In this document: piece after piece, positions 1 to 9,913 of the stretch | How the letters are laid out: each line of letters starts with the position of its first letter | Position numbering within the stretch: the first letter of the stretch is position 1 | Assembly (NCBI RefSeq): GCF_003334335.1 | Contig: NZ_QOWQ01000011.1 | Length of the DNA: 64,000 bases | Strand: one strand, 5' to 3' | DNA from: Escherichia coli | GTDB lineage: Bacteria > Pseudomonadota > Gammaproteobacteria > Enterobacterales > Enterobacteriaceae | Translations under genes and position numbers: made by a program | The notes under the pieces: generated by a model | The model's database searches: none | What the model was told of the DNA's origin: nothing | Seen by the model: the letters and a program-made list of their open reading frames with translations, nothing else

Positions 1-456
1 AGTACGGATTTGGGGACGAAAAACACATCGTCGTTTGATTACGGAACCAAATCCACGAATAACACCGGGGCGCATACCCATAGTATTAGCGGGACTGCAA
101 ATAGTGCCGGTGCGCACCAACACAAGAGTTCCGGTGCATTTGGTGGCACGAACACGAGCATTTTCCCTAATGGTTATACCGCGATTTCAAATCTAAGCGC
201 GGGGATTATGAGCACAACAAGCGGTAGTGGCCAGACTCGTAATGCAGGGAAGACATCATCAGATGGTGCTCATACCCACTCGCTGTCCGGCACTGCTGCA
301 AGCGCAGGCGCACATGCACATACTGTCGGTATTGGTGCTCATACGCACTCCGTTGCGATTGGCTCACACGGACACACCATCACCGTTAACGCTGCTGGTA
401 ACGCGGAAAACACCGTCAAAAACATCGCATTTAACTATATTGTGAGGCTTGCATAA
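1..456 (+). CDS. stf: Phage side tail fibre protein, C-terminal part (5' end outside window)
   Basis: Open frame from base 1 with no upstream stop. Gly/Ser/Thr-rich with repeated GAHTHS / GAHAH / GSHGH motifs, like the His-x-His motifs of T4 gp37 and lambda Stf distal fibres. Its stop overlaps the start of the next gene. Confidence 0.7.
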   Translation, partial: STDLGTKNTSSFDYGTKSTNNTGAHTHSISGTANSAGAHQHKSSGAFGGTNTSIFPNGYTAISNLSAGIMSTTSGSGQTRNAGKTSSDGAHTHSLSGTAASAGAHAHTVGIGAHTHSVAIGSHGHTITVNAAGNAENTVKNIAFNYIVRLA

Positions 457-1037
457 TGGCATTCAGAATGAGTGAACAACCACGGACCATAAAAATTTAT
501 AATCTGCTGGCCGGAACTAATGAATTTATTGGTGAAGGTGATGCATATATTCCGCCTCATACAGGTCTGCCAGCAAACAGTACCGATATTGCACCGCCAG
601 ATATTCCGGCTGGCTTCGTGGCTGTTTTCAACAGTGATGAGTCATCGTGGCATCTTGTTGAAGACCATCGGGGTAAAACAGTTTATGACGTGGCATCAGG
701 GGACGCGTTATTTATTTCTGAACTCGGCTCATTACCGGAAAATGTTACCTGGTTATCCCCGGAAGGGGAGTTTCAGAAGTGGAACGGCACAGCCTGGGTG
801 AAGGATACGGAAGCAGAAAAACTGTTCCGGATCCGGGAGGTGGAAGAAACAAAAAACAGCCTGATGCAGGTAGCCAGTGAGCATATAGCGCCGCTTCAGG
901 ATGCTGTGGATCTGGAAATCGCAACGGAGGAAGAAACCTTGTTGCTGGAAGCCTGGAAAAAGTATCGGGTATTGCTGAACCGTGTTGATACGTCAACTGC
1001 ACAGGATATTGAATGGCCAGTAGCACCTATAGGGTAA
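456..1037 (+). CDS. tfa: Phage tail fibre assembly protein
   Basis: 193 aa ORF starting at the ATG that overlaps the fibre gene stop (TAATG). The sequence resembles Tfa-family chaperones of lambdoid and P2-like phages. Confidence 0.75.
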   Translation: MAFRMSEQPRTIKIYNLLAGTNEFIGEGDAYIPPHTGLPANSTDIAPPDIPAGFVAVFNSDESSWHLVEDHRGKTVYDVASGDALFISELGSLPENVTWLSPEGEFQKWNGTAWVKDTEAEKLFRIREVEETKNSLMQVASEHIAPLQDAVDLEIATEEETLLLEAWKKYRVLLNRVDTSTAQDIEWPVAPIG

Positions 1038-1895
1038 ATTCGTAATGATTACCTAAATACGTTATTCTTTTGTTCAAAAAGTGATTTTGCTATAGATAGG
1101 GAGTATGTTCTTGGATTAAGAATAAAAATCGCCATGAAAGAGCTTCATGGCGAGTACATAAACGTACAAAATGTGATGAAAGTAGAGTGGCGTAAGCCAC
1201 TATATTAAGATGTGACAATAGCGAAGAAAAGTAAATAACATTTTATGGACGTTTAATTGTTAATTATAAAAACTAGAGTGCCCGATATTGTTTACCTTGC
1301 TTTAAAATAATGTACTCAAACCAAATTTTTGAGCTAAAAGCTCAAATAATATAAATGCAATAATAATGTTTAATAAGACAATTAGCTTGCTTTGTATTTT
1401 CATTTCGGAATACTGTTAAGTAACTTTGATGACCCTAACAATAGATCGGAATTTTCTTAGAGTCAATGGTCACTGTTTTTGCTTGCAAAGCAAATGTTTT
1501 GGTGGTTATAAGTTGTCTTAATATAGTCACGCATGCAACTTGTTCCATGCGGAGATTAAAGATTGGAATATAACGCTAAGATGGAATTAAATTACATTTG
1601 CAATAATCAATTTATTATTACTCAATAATTACCGATATTATTATTGTAAATTAATCATTAGAGTGCAAAAAGAAATGTAACGGCAAAATAAGAGGACGAT
1701 AGCTGAGAAAAAAGCGTGCTTTCCCAATCTGGGGCAAATCACGTCTGAATGACACCTGAAAACAGGTGGTAGCCTCAAGAAGGCTTGGAATATTCTTCTT
1801 TAATGTTATGTAATTCATTGATTTTTCGTGTACGATTTAAAGACATTTATTCCAAGAAAAATTTTTAACTCTTTGATTTTTCGACTCTGTATCAT

Positions 1896-1957
1896 CGGTC
1901 TCGAAAACCGGAGTAGGGGCAACTCTACCGGGGGTTCAAATCCCCCTCTCTCCGCCA
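1896..1957 (+). tRNA. 3' fragment (about 62 nt) of tRNA-Ser(CGA) (serU-like): anticodon stem, variable arm, T arm and acceptor 3' strand ending CCA. Not a complete tRNA.
   Basis: CGGTCTCGAAAACCGGAGTAGGGGCAACTCTACCGGGGGTTCAAATCCCCCTCTCTCCGCCA matches the 3' two-thirds of E. coli serU as I recall it. The 5' acceptor strand and D arm are missing; upstream sequence is unrelated AT-rich DNA. Confidence 0.7.
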
Positions 1958-2541
1958 CTTTATCAATGACTTATCTCCCGACTTCCCGCCTTGCTTTTCC
2001 TAAACAGAACAATCGTAGAATATTCTTGAAGGGTTAGATCGTCACTGTTTTCTGTTCGATACTGTGACATTCAGCACTTGATTCGCTATGGATCTGACAG
2101 GAAGGTTTTGAGCGAAAATTTGCAGTTATTCAGTCGTTTTCTTATCGGTCACCATTATTCTTTTAGACATTGATCCTACAAAGCTGCCGCAAAGTTGGTG
2201 GTGGGAACTGAAGTTGCGTAGAGAAGGGGTCAATACCCGGAGGCAAACATGGGCTGGCAAAAGTGTAGCGGTATTAGGCGCAGCTATTTAGCCTAGTTAT
2301 GTTTTATGAAAACTTGATATCATATAAGTGTCTTACTTATTGGCTGTAAATAAGTTTTTCCTAAGGAATTGTTTCTTGAGTATCATTTGTAACTGTAACG
2401 GAATTTATAATCCTTTGCTTTATTGTTACGGTATTTTTTATCACACCCTATTTTTTATGTGGTTTTTTATACTGAAGTTTGGCAAAGTGAACTTTATATG
2501 CATATACTTCATCCTGGTTTCAGTTAAGTTGGGTGGATGAT

Positions 2542-3285
2542 ATGGCAACTACATGTTCAGTTATATTGATTTTGGAGTCCTTTGATGTTTATTTCGGAAA
2601 AGAGAGTGTGTTTCTGGAGAGAGGTTCATCTGTACTTGTCGACTCTAGCTCTAGAGATTTTTTCCTGACATATCCTGAAAGAGTGATAGTGGCGGATTTT
2701 GGCGCTGAGTTTATTAGTCGCTATTTGAAAGCTAATAACTTAAGGGATATTTCTGATTGTAGGGAATATCCATCTTATTTAAAAATAAACTTTGCTGACT
2801 TCAGTTTAATTAAAGGATTAATTAGTTGGGCTAATCACTGTGCTGAATACATAGAAATTTTTGATGAGTCTATTGCTTTTACATGTCTCTCTGCATTTTC
2901 TTCTGAAAAACAATTTGGAGTATTTCTGTTTGAATGTTTGAAAAGCACAGGGGCTAAAGTTAAAACGATTATTCATACGGATTTATCTGCACCATGGCGT
3001 CTTAAGGATATATCATCAAGATTATATCTCAGCGAAAGTTTACTAAAGAGGAAATTGAAAGAAGAGGGGGTATCATTCAGTAAGATCATACTTGATGAGA
3101 GGATGCAAATGGCTGAATATTTACTCAGCACTCGTTGTTATCCTATTAGTAAAGTAGCTAAGGTCTGTGGTTATGCCAGTGTCTCATACTTTACTTATGT
3201 ATTTAGACGTTATTTTGGTGTTTCTCCAAGTCAATACTCTCAGAGCAGTTCAGAAAGTAAAATTCTTACTCACCAGGGAATCTGA
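2542..3285 (+). CDS. AraC/XylS-family transcriptional regulator, AppY/EnvY/Rns-like, low GC
   Basis: C-terminal helix-turn-helix region (ISKVAKVCGYASVSYFTYVFRRYFGVSPSQY) and overall similarity to prophage-borne AppY. ATG at 2542 preferred over the GTG at 2533 used by the ORF track. Confidence 0.75.
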   Translation: MATTCSVILILESFDVYFGKESVFLERGSSVLVDSSSRDFFLTYPERVIVADFGAEFISRYLKANNLRDISDCREYPSYLKINFADFSLIKGLISWANHCAEYIEIFDESIAFTCLSAFSSEKQFGVFLFECLKSTGAKVKTIIHTDLSAPWRLKDISSRLYLSESLLKRKLKEEGVSFSKIILDERMQMAEYLLSTRCYPISKVAKVCGYASVSYFTYVFRRYFGVSPSQYSQSSSESKILTHQGI

Positions 3286-3289
3286 TCAT

Positions 3290-3790
3290 TGTTCTTGCCC
3301 CCTTATTTCCAGACAGGGGGTGTATCTTAAGTTAACGTTACCCGCTGACGTCGATATTCTCGCGGAGAGCGATAACCCAACGCACTGTGCGGATGGTTTT
3401 CATTGTAATGTTCGATCGCCACTGCAAGATTATGCAATGCCGTTCTTACATTCGGTTTCGGCATGAACGCGATGTAGTCTTCCTTCATCGTTTTCACGAA
3501 CCTTTCTGCCATTCCATTACTCTGAGGACTGCTGATTGCCGTTGTGCAGGGCTCCAGATTCAACTCTCTGGCGAACTGCCATGTTTCATGCGCTCTATAC
3601 GCTGAACCGTTATCTGTCAGCCACTGGATGGACTGTTCCGGTACTTTATCGCCAAAGCGTTTTTCTATCGCTCCTAACATGACATCCTGCACTGTCGCTT
3701 TATCGTAACCTCCCGTGCTTGCGGCCCAGTCTATGGCTTCACGATCGCAACAGTCCAGGGCGAACGTAACACGCAGTTTTGAATCGCCAC
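3290..3790 (-). mobile_element. IS3-family (IS2-like) insertion sequence remnant: one terminal inverted repeat plus the 3' part of the transposase gene
   Basis: Terminus TTGCCCCCTTATTTCCAGACA at about 3291-3311 resembles the IS2 right inverted repeat. The adjacent minus-strand ORF encodes a DDE transposase C-terminus. The element is cut off near 3780-3790 by a second IS end. Confidence 0.55.
3327..3692 (-). pseudogene. Truncated IS3-family transposase OrfB (C-terminal about 120 aa only)
   Basis: Translation ends ...[20 protein letters not shown], the conserved C-terminal signature of IS3-family DDE transposases. The N-terminal catalytic region is absent. Confidence 0.6.
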
Positions 3791-4080
3791 GGGTTTAACA
3801 GACACCTCAGAGTCATTTAAGATGGCTTAAAGAGAGGTGCCCATGAGCGGTAAGCGTTATCCCGAAGAGTTTAAAACTGAAGCAGTCAAACAGGTTGTTG
3901 ATCGCGGTTATTCTGTTGCCAGCGTTGCAACACGTCTCGATATCACCACCCACAGCCTTTATGCCTGGATAAAGAAGTACGGTCCGGATTACTCCACTTT
4001 TTCATCAAGCCAATCCGCCCACCACTGCATCATTTCTCTGCGCTTATCGAGATACTGAGCGTGGTTGTAAATTCAGCTAA
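3781..4080 (+). mobile_element. Second IS3-family insertion sequence remnant: left end plus truncated orfA
   Basis: TGAATCGCCACGGGTTTAACAGACACC resembles IS3-family left ends (TGA...GTTTAAC.GACAC, as in IS600). It is followed by an OrfA-like helix-turn-helix ORF and ends abruptly before the tI/sib hairpin. Confidence 0.5.
3837..4058 (+). pseudogene. Truncated IS3-family transposase OrfA (helix-turn-helix domain intact, C-terminus degenerate)
   Basis: N-terminus MSGKRYPEEFKTEAVKQVVDRGYSVASVATRLDITTHSLYAWIKKYG is a typical OrfA helix-turn-helix. No leucine zipper, frameshift window or orfB follows. Confidence 0.6.
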
Positions 4081-4088
4081 CCCAGTGT

Positions 4089-4136
4089 GTTGACAAAAAA
4101 TTAGCGCAAGAAGACAAAAAAATCACCTTGCGCTAA
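4089..4136 (-). terminator. Lambda tI/sib-like hairpin adjacent to the att P arm
   Basis: 10-bp inverted repeat TTAGCGCAAG / CTTGCGCTAA with a 16-nt loop, followed on the minus strand by TTTTTTG. It is the reverse complement of the lambda sib/tI sequence as I recall it. Confidence 0.55.
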
Positions 4137-4138
4137 TG

Positions 4139-4300
4139 CTCTGTTACAGGTCACTAATACCATCTAAGTGGTTGATTCATAGTGACTGGATATGTTGTGT
4201 TTTGTAGCATTATGTAGTCTATTTTTTAGACTGAATAAATTATAAGTCGTTGATATTAATTGTTTTTACCGTTTCACATTCAACTTTTTTATACTAACTT
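4139..4300. other. attR: Prophage attR (lambda-type P arm, core CTTTTTTATACTAA at about 4284-4297, bacterial B' arm)
   Basis: TCTGTTACAGGTCACTAATACCATCTAAGT... closely matches the lambda P arm; it diverges toward the core. Core and downstream CTTGAGCGAAACGGGAAGG match the E. coli attB side. Confidence 0.75.
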
Positions 4301-4387
4301 GAGCGAAACGGGAAGGTAAAAAGACAAAAAGTTGTTTTTAATACCTTTAAGTGATACCAGATGGCATTGCGCCATCTGGCAGAGTGA

Positions 4388-4864
4388 TTAACTAAACATC
4401 GCAGTAATCGAGGCGCTTGCCAGAGAGTGGAAATGAACGTTAAACCCGACCATCGCGCCGCTGGCACCTTCATCGACATCAATACGTTCTATATCCAGCG
4501 CGTGAACGGTAAAAATGTAGCGATGAGTTTCGCCTTTCGGCGGTGCTGCGCCATCGTACCCGGTTTTACCAAAGTCGGTACGCGTCTGCAAAACGCCGTC
4601 TGGCATTGCTACCAGACCAGAGCCAAACCCTTGCGGTAATACGCGGGTATCAGCGGGTAAGTTAACAACTACCCAGTGCCACCAGCCGGAGCCGGTTGGC
4701 GCATCCGGGTCGTAGCAGGTGACAACAAAACTTTTCGTTCCCGCAGGAACATCATCCCACGCCAGATGCGGTGAAATATTATCGCCATCGTAACCCATGC
4801 CGTTAAAGACATGACGATGCGGCAATTTATCGCCATCGCGCAGATCGTTACTGATGAGTTTCAT
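4388..4864 (-). CDS. ybhB: PEBP-family protein YbhB
   Basis: 158 aa ORF recognised as K-12 YbhB; position next to bioA. Confidence 0.9.
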   Translation of the reverse strand: MKLISNDLRDGDKLPHRHVFNGMGYDGDNISPHLAWDDVPAGTKSFVVTCYDPDAPTGSGWWHWVVVNLPADTRVLPQGFGSGLVAMPDGVLQTRTDFGKTGYDGAAPPKGETHRYIFTVHALDIERIDVDEGASGAMVGFNVHFHSLASASITAMFS

Positions 4865-4922
4865 GAACCCTCCTTTCTTGTTTGCAGAAAGTGTAGCCAG
4901 AAACCCTCACGCGGACTTCTCG

Positions 4923-6212
4923 TTATTGGCAAAAAAATGTTTCATCCTGTACCGCGCGGTTAACCGCTGCGGTCAGACGCTGCAACTGTTGCGGGAGAAT
5001 AATATAGGGCGGCATCAGGTAAATCAGTTTGCCAAAAGGCCGGATCCAGACACCCTGTTCGACAAAGAATTTTTGCAGCGCCGCCATATTCACCGGATGA
5101 GTGGTTTCGACCACGCCAATGGCCCCCAGTACGCGCACATCGGCAACCATTTCGGCATCACGGGCGGGGGCAAGTTGCTCGCGCAGCTGTACTTCAATAT
5201 CCGCCACCTGTTGCTGCCAGTCGCCAGATTCGAGAATCGCCAGGCTGGCGTTTGCTGCCGCGCAGGCCAGCGGATTGCCCATAAAAGTTGGCCCATGCAT
5301 AAAGCAACCGGCTTCACCGTTACTGATGGTTTCTGCAACCTCGCGCGTGGTGAGTGTGGCGGAAAGGGTCATTGTGCCGCCGGTTAAGGCTTTACCGAGG
5401 CACAAAATGTCCGGCGCGATTTCTGCATGTTCACAGGCAAACAGTTTCCCGGTACGACCAAATCCAGTGGCGATCTCGTCGGCAATCAGCAAGATACCTT
5501 CGCGATCGCATATTTTGCGGATTCGTTTTAACCATTCCGGATGGTACATGCGCATCCCGCCTGCGCCCTGGACAATCGGCTCAATGATCACCGCCGCGAT
5601 TTCATGACGATGCGCCGCCATCAGGCGGGCAAAGCCCACCATATCGCGCTCATCCCATTCGCCATCCATGGGGCTTTGCGGGGCGGGAGCAAACAGGTTT
5701 TCTGGCAGGTAGCCTTTCCACAGACTGTGCATTGAGTTATCCGGATCGCACACCGACATCGCGCCAAAGGTATCGCCATGATAACCATTGCGGAAGGTCA
5801 GAAAACGCTGGCGCGCTTCGCCTTTGGCTTGCCAGTACTGCAACGCCATTTTCATCGCCACTTCCACCGCTACGGAACCGGAGTCCGCGAGAAAAACGCA
5901 CTCCAGCGGTTGCGGCGTCATCGCCACCAGTTTGCGGCACAGCTCAATGGCTGGCGCATGGGTGATACCGCCAAACATCACATGCGACATGGCATCAATT
6001 TGCGACTTCATCGCCGCATTAAGCTGCGGGTGATTGTAGCCGTGGATCGCCGCCCACCAGGACGACATACCGTCAACCAGGCGTCTGCCGTCAGACAAAA
6101 TCAGCTCGCAACCTTCGGCGCTCACCACCGGATAAACCGGCAGAGGGGAGGTCATGGATGTGTATGGGTGCCAGATATGGCGTTGGTCAAAGGCAAGATC
6201 GTCCGTTGTCAT
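4923..6212 (-). CDS. bioA: Adenosylmethionine-8-amino-7-oxononanoate aminotransferase
   Basis: Start set at [14 protein letters not shown] (429 aa); the ORF track extends 37 codons upstream into the bio operator. PLP aminotransferase class III. Confidence 0.93.
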   Translation of the reverse strand: MTTDDLAFDQRHIWHPYTSMTSPLPVYPVVSAEGCELILSDGRRLVDGMSSWWAAIHGYNHPQLNAAMKSQIDAMSHVMFGGITHAPAIELCRKLVAMTPQPLECVFLADSGSVAVEVAMKMALQYWQAKGEARQRFLTFRNGYHGDTFGAMSVCDPDNSMHSLWKGYLPENLFAPAPQSPMDGEWDERDMVGFARLMAAHRHEIAAVIIEPIVQGAGGMRMYHPEWLKRIRKICDREGILLIADEIATGFGRTGKLFACEHAEIAPDILCLGKALTGGTMTLSATLTTREVAETISNGEAGCFMHGPTFMGNPLACAAANASLAILESGDWQQQVADIEVQLREQLAPARDAEMVADVRVLGAIGVVETTHPVNMAALQKFFVEQGVWIRPFGKLIYLMPPYIILPQQLQRLTAAVNRAVQDETFFCQ

Positions 6213-6218
6213 AATCGA

Positions 6219-6258
6219 CTTGTAAACCAAATTGAAAAGATTTAGGTTTACAAGTCTA
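6219..6258. promoter_or_regulatory. bioO: bio operator (BirA binding site) in the divergent bioA / bioBFCD promoter region
   Basis: Imperfect palindrome TTGTAAACCAAATTGAAAAGATTTAGGTTTACAAG between the divergent bioA and bioB starts. Confidence 0.8.
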
Positions 6259-6298
6259 CACCGAATTAACAACAAAAAACACGTTTTGGAGAAGCCCC

Positions 6299-7339
6299 AT
6301 GGCTCACCGCCCACGCTGGACATTGTCGCAAGTCACAGAATTATTTGAAAAACCGTTGCTGGATCTGCTGTTTGAAGCGCAGCAGGTGCATCGCCAGCAT
6401 TTCGATCCTCGTCAGGTGCAGGTCAGCACGTTGCTGTCGATTAAGACCGGAGCTTGTCCGGAAGATTGCAAATACTGCCCGCAAAGCTCGCGCTACAAAA
6501 CCGGGCTGGAAGCCGAGCGGTTGATGGAAGTTGAACAGGTGCTGGAGTCGGCGCGCAAAGCGAAAGCGGCAGGATCGACGCGCTTCTGTATGGGCGCGGC
6601 GTGGAAGAATCCCCACGAACGCGATATGCCGTACCTGGAACAAATGGTGCAGGGGGTAAAAGCGATGGGGCTGGAGGCGTGTATGACGCTGGGCACGTTG
6701 AGTGAATCTCAGGCGCAGCGCCTCGCGAACGCCGGGCTGGATTACTACAACCACAACCTGGACACCTCGCCGGAGTTTTACGGCAATATCATCACCACAC
6801 GCACTTATCAGGAACGCCTCGATACGCTGGAAAAAGTGCGCGATGCCGGGATCAAAGTCTGTTCTGGCGGCATTGTGGGCTTAGGCGAAACGGTAAAAGA
6901 TCGCGCCGGATTATTGCTGCAACTGGCAAACCTGCCGACGCCGCCGGAAAGCGTGCCAATCAACATGCTGGTGAAGGTGAAAGGCACGCCGCTTGCCGAT
7001 AACGATGATGTCGATGCCTTTGATTTTATTCGCACCATTGCGGTCGCGCGGATCATGATGCCAACCTCTTACGTGCGCCTTTCTGCCGGACGCGAGCAGA
7101 TGAACGAACAGACTCAGGCGATGTGCTTTATGGCAGGCGCAAACTCGATTTTCTACGGTTGCAAACTGCTGACCACGCCGAATCCGGAAGAAGATAAAGA
7201 CCTGCAACTGTTCCGCAAACTGGGGCTAAATCCGCAGCAAACTGCCGTGCTGGCAGGGGATAACGAACAACAGCAACGTCTTGAACAGGCGCTGATGACC
7301 CCGGACACCGACGAATATTACAACGCGGCAGCATTATGA
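6299..7339 (+). CDS. bioB: Biotin synthase (radical SAM)
   Basis: 346 aa, CxxxCxxC motif ([10 protein letters not shown]), recognised sequence. Confidence 0.95.
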   Translation: MAHRPRWTLSQVTELFEKPLLDLLFEAQQVHRQHFDPRQVQVSTLLSIKTGACPEDCKYCPQSSRYKTGLEAERLMEVEQVLESARKAKAAGSTRFCMGAAWKNPHERDMPYLEQMVQGVKAMGLEACMTLGTLSESQAQRLANAGLDYYNHNLDTSPEFYGNIITTRTYQERLDTLEKVRDAGIKVCSGGIVGLGETVKDRAGLLLQLANLPTPPESVPINMLVKVKGTPLADNDDVDAFDFIRTIAVARIMMPTSYVRLSAGREQMNEQTQAMCFMAGANSIFYGCKLLTTPNPEEDKDLQLFRKLGLNPQQTAVLAGDNEQQQRLEQALMTPDTDEYYNAAAL

Positions 7340-8490
7340 GCTGGCAGGAGAAAATCAACGCGGCGCTCGATGCGCGGCGTGCTGCCGATGCCCTGCGTCG
7401 CCGTTATCCGGTGGCGCAAGGAGCCGGACGCTGGCTGGTGGCGGATGATCGCCAGTATCTGAACTTTTCCAGTAACGATTATTTAGGTTTAAGCCATCAT
7501 CCGCAAATTATCCGTGCCTGGCAGCAGGGGGCGGAGCAATTTGGCATCGGTAGCGGCGGCTCCGGTCACGTCAGCGGTTATAGCGTGGTGCATCAGGCAC
7601 TGGAAGAAGAGCTGGCCGAGTGGCTTGGCTATTCGCGGGCACTGCTGTTTATCTCTGGTTTCGCCGCTAATCAGGCAGTTATTGCCGCGATGATGGCGAA
7701 AGAGGACCGTATTGCTGCCGACCGGCTTAGCCATGCCTCATTGCTGGAAGCTGCCAGTTTAAGCCCGTCGCAGCTTCGCCGTTTTGCTCATAACGATGTC
7801 ACTCATCTGGCGCGATTGCTTGCTTCCCCCTGTCCGGGGCAGCAAATGGTGGTGACAGAAGGCGTGTTCAGCATGGACGGCGATAGTGCGCCACTGGCGG
7901 AAATCCAGCAGGTAACGCAACAGCACAATGGCTGGTTGATGGTCGATGATGCCCACGGCACGGGCGTTATCGGGGAGCAGGGGCGCGGCAGCTGCTGGCT
8001 GCAAAAGGTAAAACCAGAATTGCTGGTAGTGACTTTTGGCAAAGGATTTGGCGTCAGCGGGGCAGCGGTGCTTTGCTCCAGTACGGTGGCGGATTATCTG
8101 CTGCAATTCGCCCGCCACCTTATCTACAGCACCAGTATGCCGCCCGCTCAGGCGCAGGCATTACGTGCGTCGCTGGCGGTCATTCGCAGTGATGAGGGTG
8201 ATGCACGGCGCGAAAAACTGGCGGCACTCATTACGCGTTTTCGTGCCGGAGTACAGGATTTGCCGTTTACGCTTGCTGATTCATGCAGCGCCATCCAGCC
8301 ATTGATTGTCGGTGATAACAGCCGTGCGTTACAACTGGCAGAAAAACTGCGCCAGCAAGGCTGCTGGGTCACGGCGATTCGCCCGCCAACCGTACCCGCT
8401 GGTACTGCGCGACTGCGCTTAACGCTAACCGCTGCGCATGAAATGCAGGATATCGACCGTCTGCTGGAGGTGCTGCATGGCAACGGTTAA
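7336..8490 (+). CDS. bioF: 8-amino-7-oxononanoate synthase
   Basis: 384 aa; start overlaps the bioB stop (ATGA). Confidence 0.95.
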
Positions 8491-9232
8491 TAAACAAGCC
8501 ATTGCAGCGGCATTTGGTCGGGCAGCCGCACACTATGAGCAACATGCAGATCTACAGCGCCAGAGTGCTGACGCCTTACTGGCAATGCTTCCACAGCGTA
8601 AATACACCCACGTACTGGACGCGGGTTGTGGACCTGGCTGGATGAGCCGCCACTGGCGGGAACGTCACGCGCAGGTGACGGCCTTAGATCTCTCGCCGCC
8701 AATGCTTGTTCAGGCACGCCAGAAGGATGCCGCAGACCATTATCTGGCGGGAGATATCGAATCCCTGCCGTTAGCGACTGCGACGTTCGATCTTGCATGG
8801 AGCAATCTCGCAGTGCAGTGGTGCGGTAATTTATCCACGGCACTCCGCGAGCTGTATCGGGTGGTGCGCCCCAAAGGCGTGGTCGCGTTTACCACGCTGG
8901 TGCAGGGATCGTTACCCGAACTGCATCAGGCGTGGCAGGCGGTGGACGAGCGTCCGCATGCTAATCGCTTTTTACCGCCAGATGAAATCGAACAGTCGCT
9001 GAACGGCGTGCATTATCAACATCATATTCAGCCCATCACGCTGTGGTTTGATGATGCGCTCAGTGCCATGCGTTCGCTGAAAGGCATCGGTGCCACGCAT
9101 CTTCATGAAGGGCGCGACCCGCGAATATTAACGCGTTCGCAGTTGCAGCGATTGCAACTGGCCTGGCCGCAACAGCAGGGGCGATATCCTCTGACGTATC
9201 ATCTTTTTTTGGGAGTGATTGCTCGTGAGTAA
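8477..9232 (+). CDS. bioC: Malonyl-ACP O-methyltransferase
   Basis: Start set at [17 protein letters not shown] (ATG 8477), overlapping the bioF 3' end. SAM methyltransferase motif DAGCGPG. Confidence 0.92.
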
Positions 9233-9902
9233 ACGTTATTTTGTCACCGGAACGGATACCGAAGTGGGGAAAACTGTCGCCAGTTGTGCACTTTTACAAG
9301 CCGCAAAGGCAGCAGGCTACCGGACGGCAGGTTATAAACCGGTCGCCTCTGGCAGCGAAAAGACCCCGGAAGGTTTACGCAATAGCGACGCGCTGGCGTT
9401 ACAGCGCAACAGCAGCCTGCAGCTGGATTACGCAACAGTAAATCCTTACACCTTCGCAGAACCCACTTCGCCGCACATCATCAGCGCGCAAGAGGGCAGA
9501 CCGATAGAATCATTGGTAATGAGCGCCGGATTACGCGCGCTTGAACAACAGGCTGACTGGGTGTTAGTGGAAGGTGCTGGCGGCTGGTTTACGCCGCTTT
9601 CTGACACTTTCACTTTTGCAGATTGGGTAACACAGGAACAACTGCCGGTGATACTGGTAGTTGGTGTGAAACTCGGCTGTATTAATCACGCGATGTTGAC
9701 TGCACAGGTAATACAACACGCCGGACTGACTCTGGCGGGTTGGGTGGCGAACGATGTTACGCCTCCGGGAAAACGTCACGCTGAATATATGACCACGCTC
9801 ACCCGCATGATTCCCGCGCCGCTGCTGGGAGAGATCCCCTGGCTTGCAGAAAATCCAGAAAATGCGGCAACCGGAAAGTACATAAACCTTGCCTTGTTGT
9901 AG
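9225..9902 (+). CDS. bioD: Dethiobiotin synthetase
   Basis: GTG start giving [17 protein letters not shown] (P-loop), overlapping the bioC 3' end. Confidence 0.9.
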
Positions 9903-9913
9903 CCATTCTGTAT

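Larger units (their letters stand above)
1..4297. mobile_element. Right (bio-proximal) end of a lambda-like prophage at the lambda attachment site: tail fibre genes, cargo region, tI/sib-like hairpin and attR
   Basis: Tail fibre and tail fibre assembly ORFs at 1-1037, low-GC cargo, then a lambda-type P arm plus core directly upstream of ybhB/bioA, matching the known layout of an integrated lambda (J-stf-tfa-b region-attR-bio). The left boundary is outside the window. Confidence 0.7.

Noticed and set aside
1828-2037. 69 aa plus-strand ORF spanning the tRNA-Ser fragment
   Set aside because: It reads straight through the tRNA-derived sequence (its translation contains ...GGSNPPLSAT...), so it is a frame artefact, not a gene.
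2328-2540. 70 aa AT-rich hydrophobic ORF just upstream of the AraC-family regulator
   Set aside because: Low-complexity translation of AT-rich promoter DNA, ending where the regulator starts. More likely the regulator's promoter region than a gene, though a small membrane peptide cannot be excluded.
3167-3605. Plus-strand ORFs (99 and 72 aa) overlapping the 3' end of the regulator and the IS fragment
   Set aside because: Antisense to the transposase remnant, with no recognisable features.
4294-4482. 62 aa minus-strand ORF running from the ybhB 3' region across the att core
   Set aside because: Frame artefact; ybhB ends at 4388 and the ORF would start inside the attachment core.
5101-6245. 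ORF-track ORFs on the plus strand inside bioA (5101-5607, 5354-5587, 5778-6245 and others)
   Set aside because: They are antisense to a recognised, conserved gene. GC-rich genes routinely produce long stop-free antisense frames.
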